Shown one piece after another: positions 62,801-64,000 of a stretch of 64,000 bases of DNA. Where the stretch lies: positions 113,268-177,267 of the forward strand of contig MNCI01002465.1 of assembly GCA_015680685.1 (NCBI GenBank), written 5' to 3'. Source of the DNA: Gnetum montanum. Taxonomy: Eukaryota; Plantae; Gnetophyta. The notes under the pieces are model-generated. The model searched no databases, was not told where the DNA came from, and was given only the letters and a program-made list of their open reading frames with translations. The position numbers and the translations under genes were made by a program. The stretch's first letter is position 1, and each line of letters begins with the position of its first letter.

Positions 62801-64000
62801 ACAAACCATTTTGAACTTCTACAATTACATAATTAAGAGAGTGAGTTTTGCTAAGTTTGGGAATTTTTGGTAGAGTGAGGGATATCACTTGATCATCATC
62901 ATTTTCTTCCTCTTCATGATCACTAATAGATTCTAAATTTTTGTCATCTTGTGCTAAAGTTGGATTAGATAATTTTTGAATGGGAATAGTTTCATCATCA
63001 AGTTGTCGGCAAGCAATGTCATAATCATCTATTTTGACATTTATGGTTTCCTCCACCATATTTTTTCTTTTATTAAACATCCTATATGCCATATTAACTA
63101 AAGAATATTCTAAGAAAATTTCTTCATTGGTTTTTACATAAAATTTCCTCAAGTTACCTTTATTATTCAAAATATAGCATTTTGAGCCAAAAACATGAAA
63201 ATAAGCTATTGAAGCTTTTTTGCCATTCCATAATTCATAAGGAGTTTTAGGAATAAAATCTTATTACCAAAAGTCTATTGGACACGTAACAAGTGGTGTT
63301 GATGGATTCGGCTCAGAAGTGATGGGGAAGGCTTCAATCATTTAACATCATTCTCCCCATCTCATTCAAGATTATGTTCTTCCATTTAGCTACATCATTA
63401 TGTTGAGGAGTTCTTGCAGTAGAGAATTGATGTAGAATGCCATTCATTTGATAGAACTATTTAAATTTTGCATTTTTGAACTCACCTTCATTATCTCTTT
63501 TGATAACTTTATTATCATATCCTTTTTCTTTCTGGATTTGATTTCTAATTCTCAAAAAATGATCAAACACCTCATCTTTGTGATACAAAAAGGCAAGCCA
63601 AGTAAAGTAAGAATAATCATCAACAATGCTTAAATAATATATTTTATTTCCTAATCTAAGAGTTTAAATTGGACCAATGACATCCATATGAAGTAGATCT
63701 AAAGGATGAGTAGTAGAAATACAATTTTTCTTACCAAATCTTACTCTTGTTTGTTTTCCTTTTTGATAGGCTTTCCATGTATTTAAGTTGAAATCTTTAA
63801 GATTAGGGAGACCATGAACCATTTCTTTAGATACCAAGGTTTGAATAATTTCCTTATGTGGCCCAACTTCCTATGCCAAAGACATGTATCATCTGCACAA
63901 CATACTAAACACTTGTATTCAAGGTTAGCAGAATTTCCAAAAATAGTGGTCTACATATTTCCTTTCCTAGATCCTTTAGTCACAACATTTCAAGTAGATA
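59852..64000 (-). mobile_element. 3' part of a pol-bearing Sirevirus/SIRE-like Ty1/copia element (F); continues beyond the window
   Basis: 3' LTR 59852-61013, similar to the D LTRs. PPT AAAAAGGGGGAGAT 61027-61014 plus upstream purine tracts. RNase H (KNPIQHSHTKNIEI), RT (VAKGYNQQEGIDFYETFAP, YQMDVKSSFLN) and integrase on the minus strand, with stops. Confidence 0.92.

Overview
AT-rich land-plant nuclear DNA made almost entirely of old, nested, CpG/CHG-decayed transposons, plus one CpG-rich genic island (~55.0-59.7 kb) holding a three-exon CYP71-clan cytochrome P450 pseudogene. Nesting was reconstructed from LTR pairs, PBS/PPT and target-site duplications (TSDs). A Ty1/copia host (993-1031 + 31685-~34250) was invaded by Athila-like Ty3/gypsy element B (1032-31684). 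B contains a gag-only Sirevirus-like copia (D, 2848-9078) and a second Athila-like element (A, 15193-28455). A third, younger Athila-like LTR (C) ends at 992. Further right are tRNA-derived SINEs, an RTE LINE fragment split by a solo LTR, a PIF/Harbinger relic (Myb-like ORF plus DDE transposase), an Au-like SINE split by full-length copia E (41453-47660), an internally deleted Tork-like copia G (48952-52650, minus) and the 3' part of Sirevirus-like copia F (59852 to window end, minus). Four signals stand out. (1) A multi-helix structural module with compensatory base changes recurs in the LTRs of all three Athila-like families and is multiplied in C. (2) A and B share an antisense ORF facing away from their extra sense ORF, across an internal TATA region that reuses the element's own LTR palindrome. 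(3) A 30-nt stem-loop motif is conserved in the pol-ORF3 spacer. (4) The leader of copia E holds an array of long hairpins with unrelated stems and a shared CCACA loop. All alignments, translations and pairings were done by eye; no database searches or folding programs were run.
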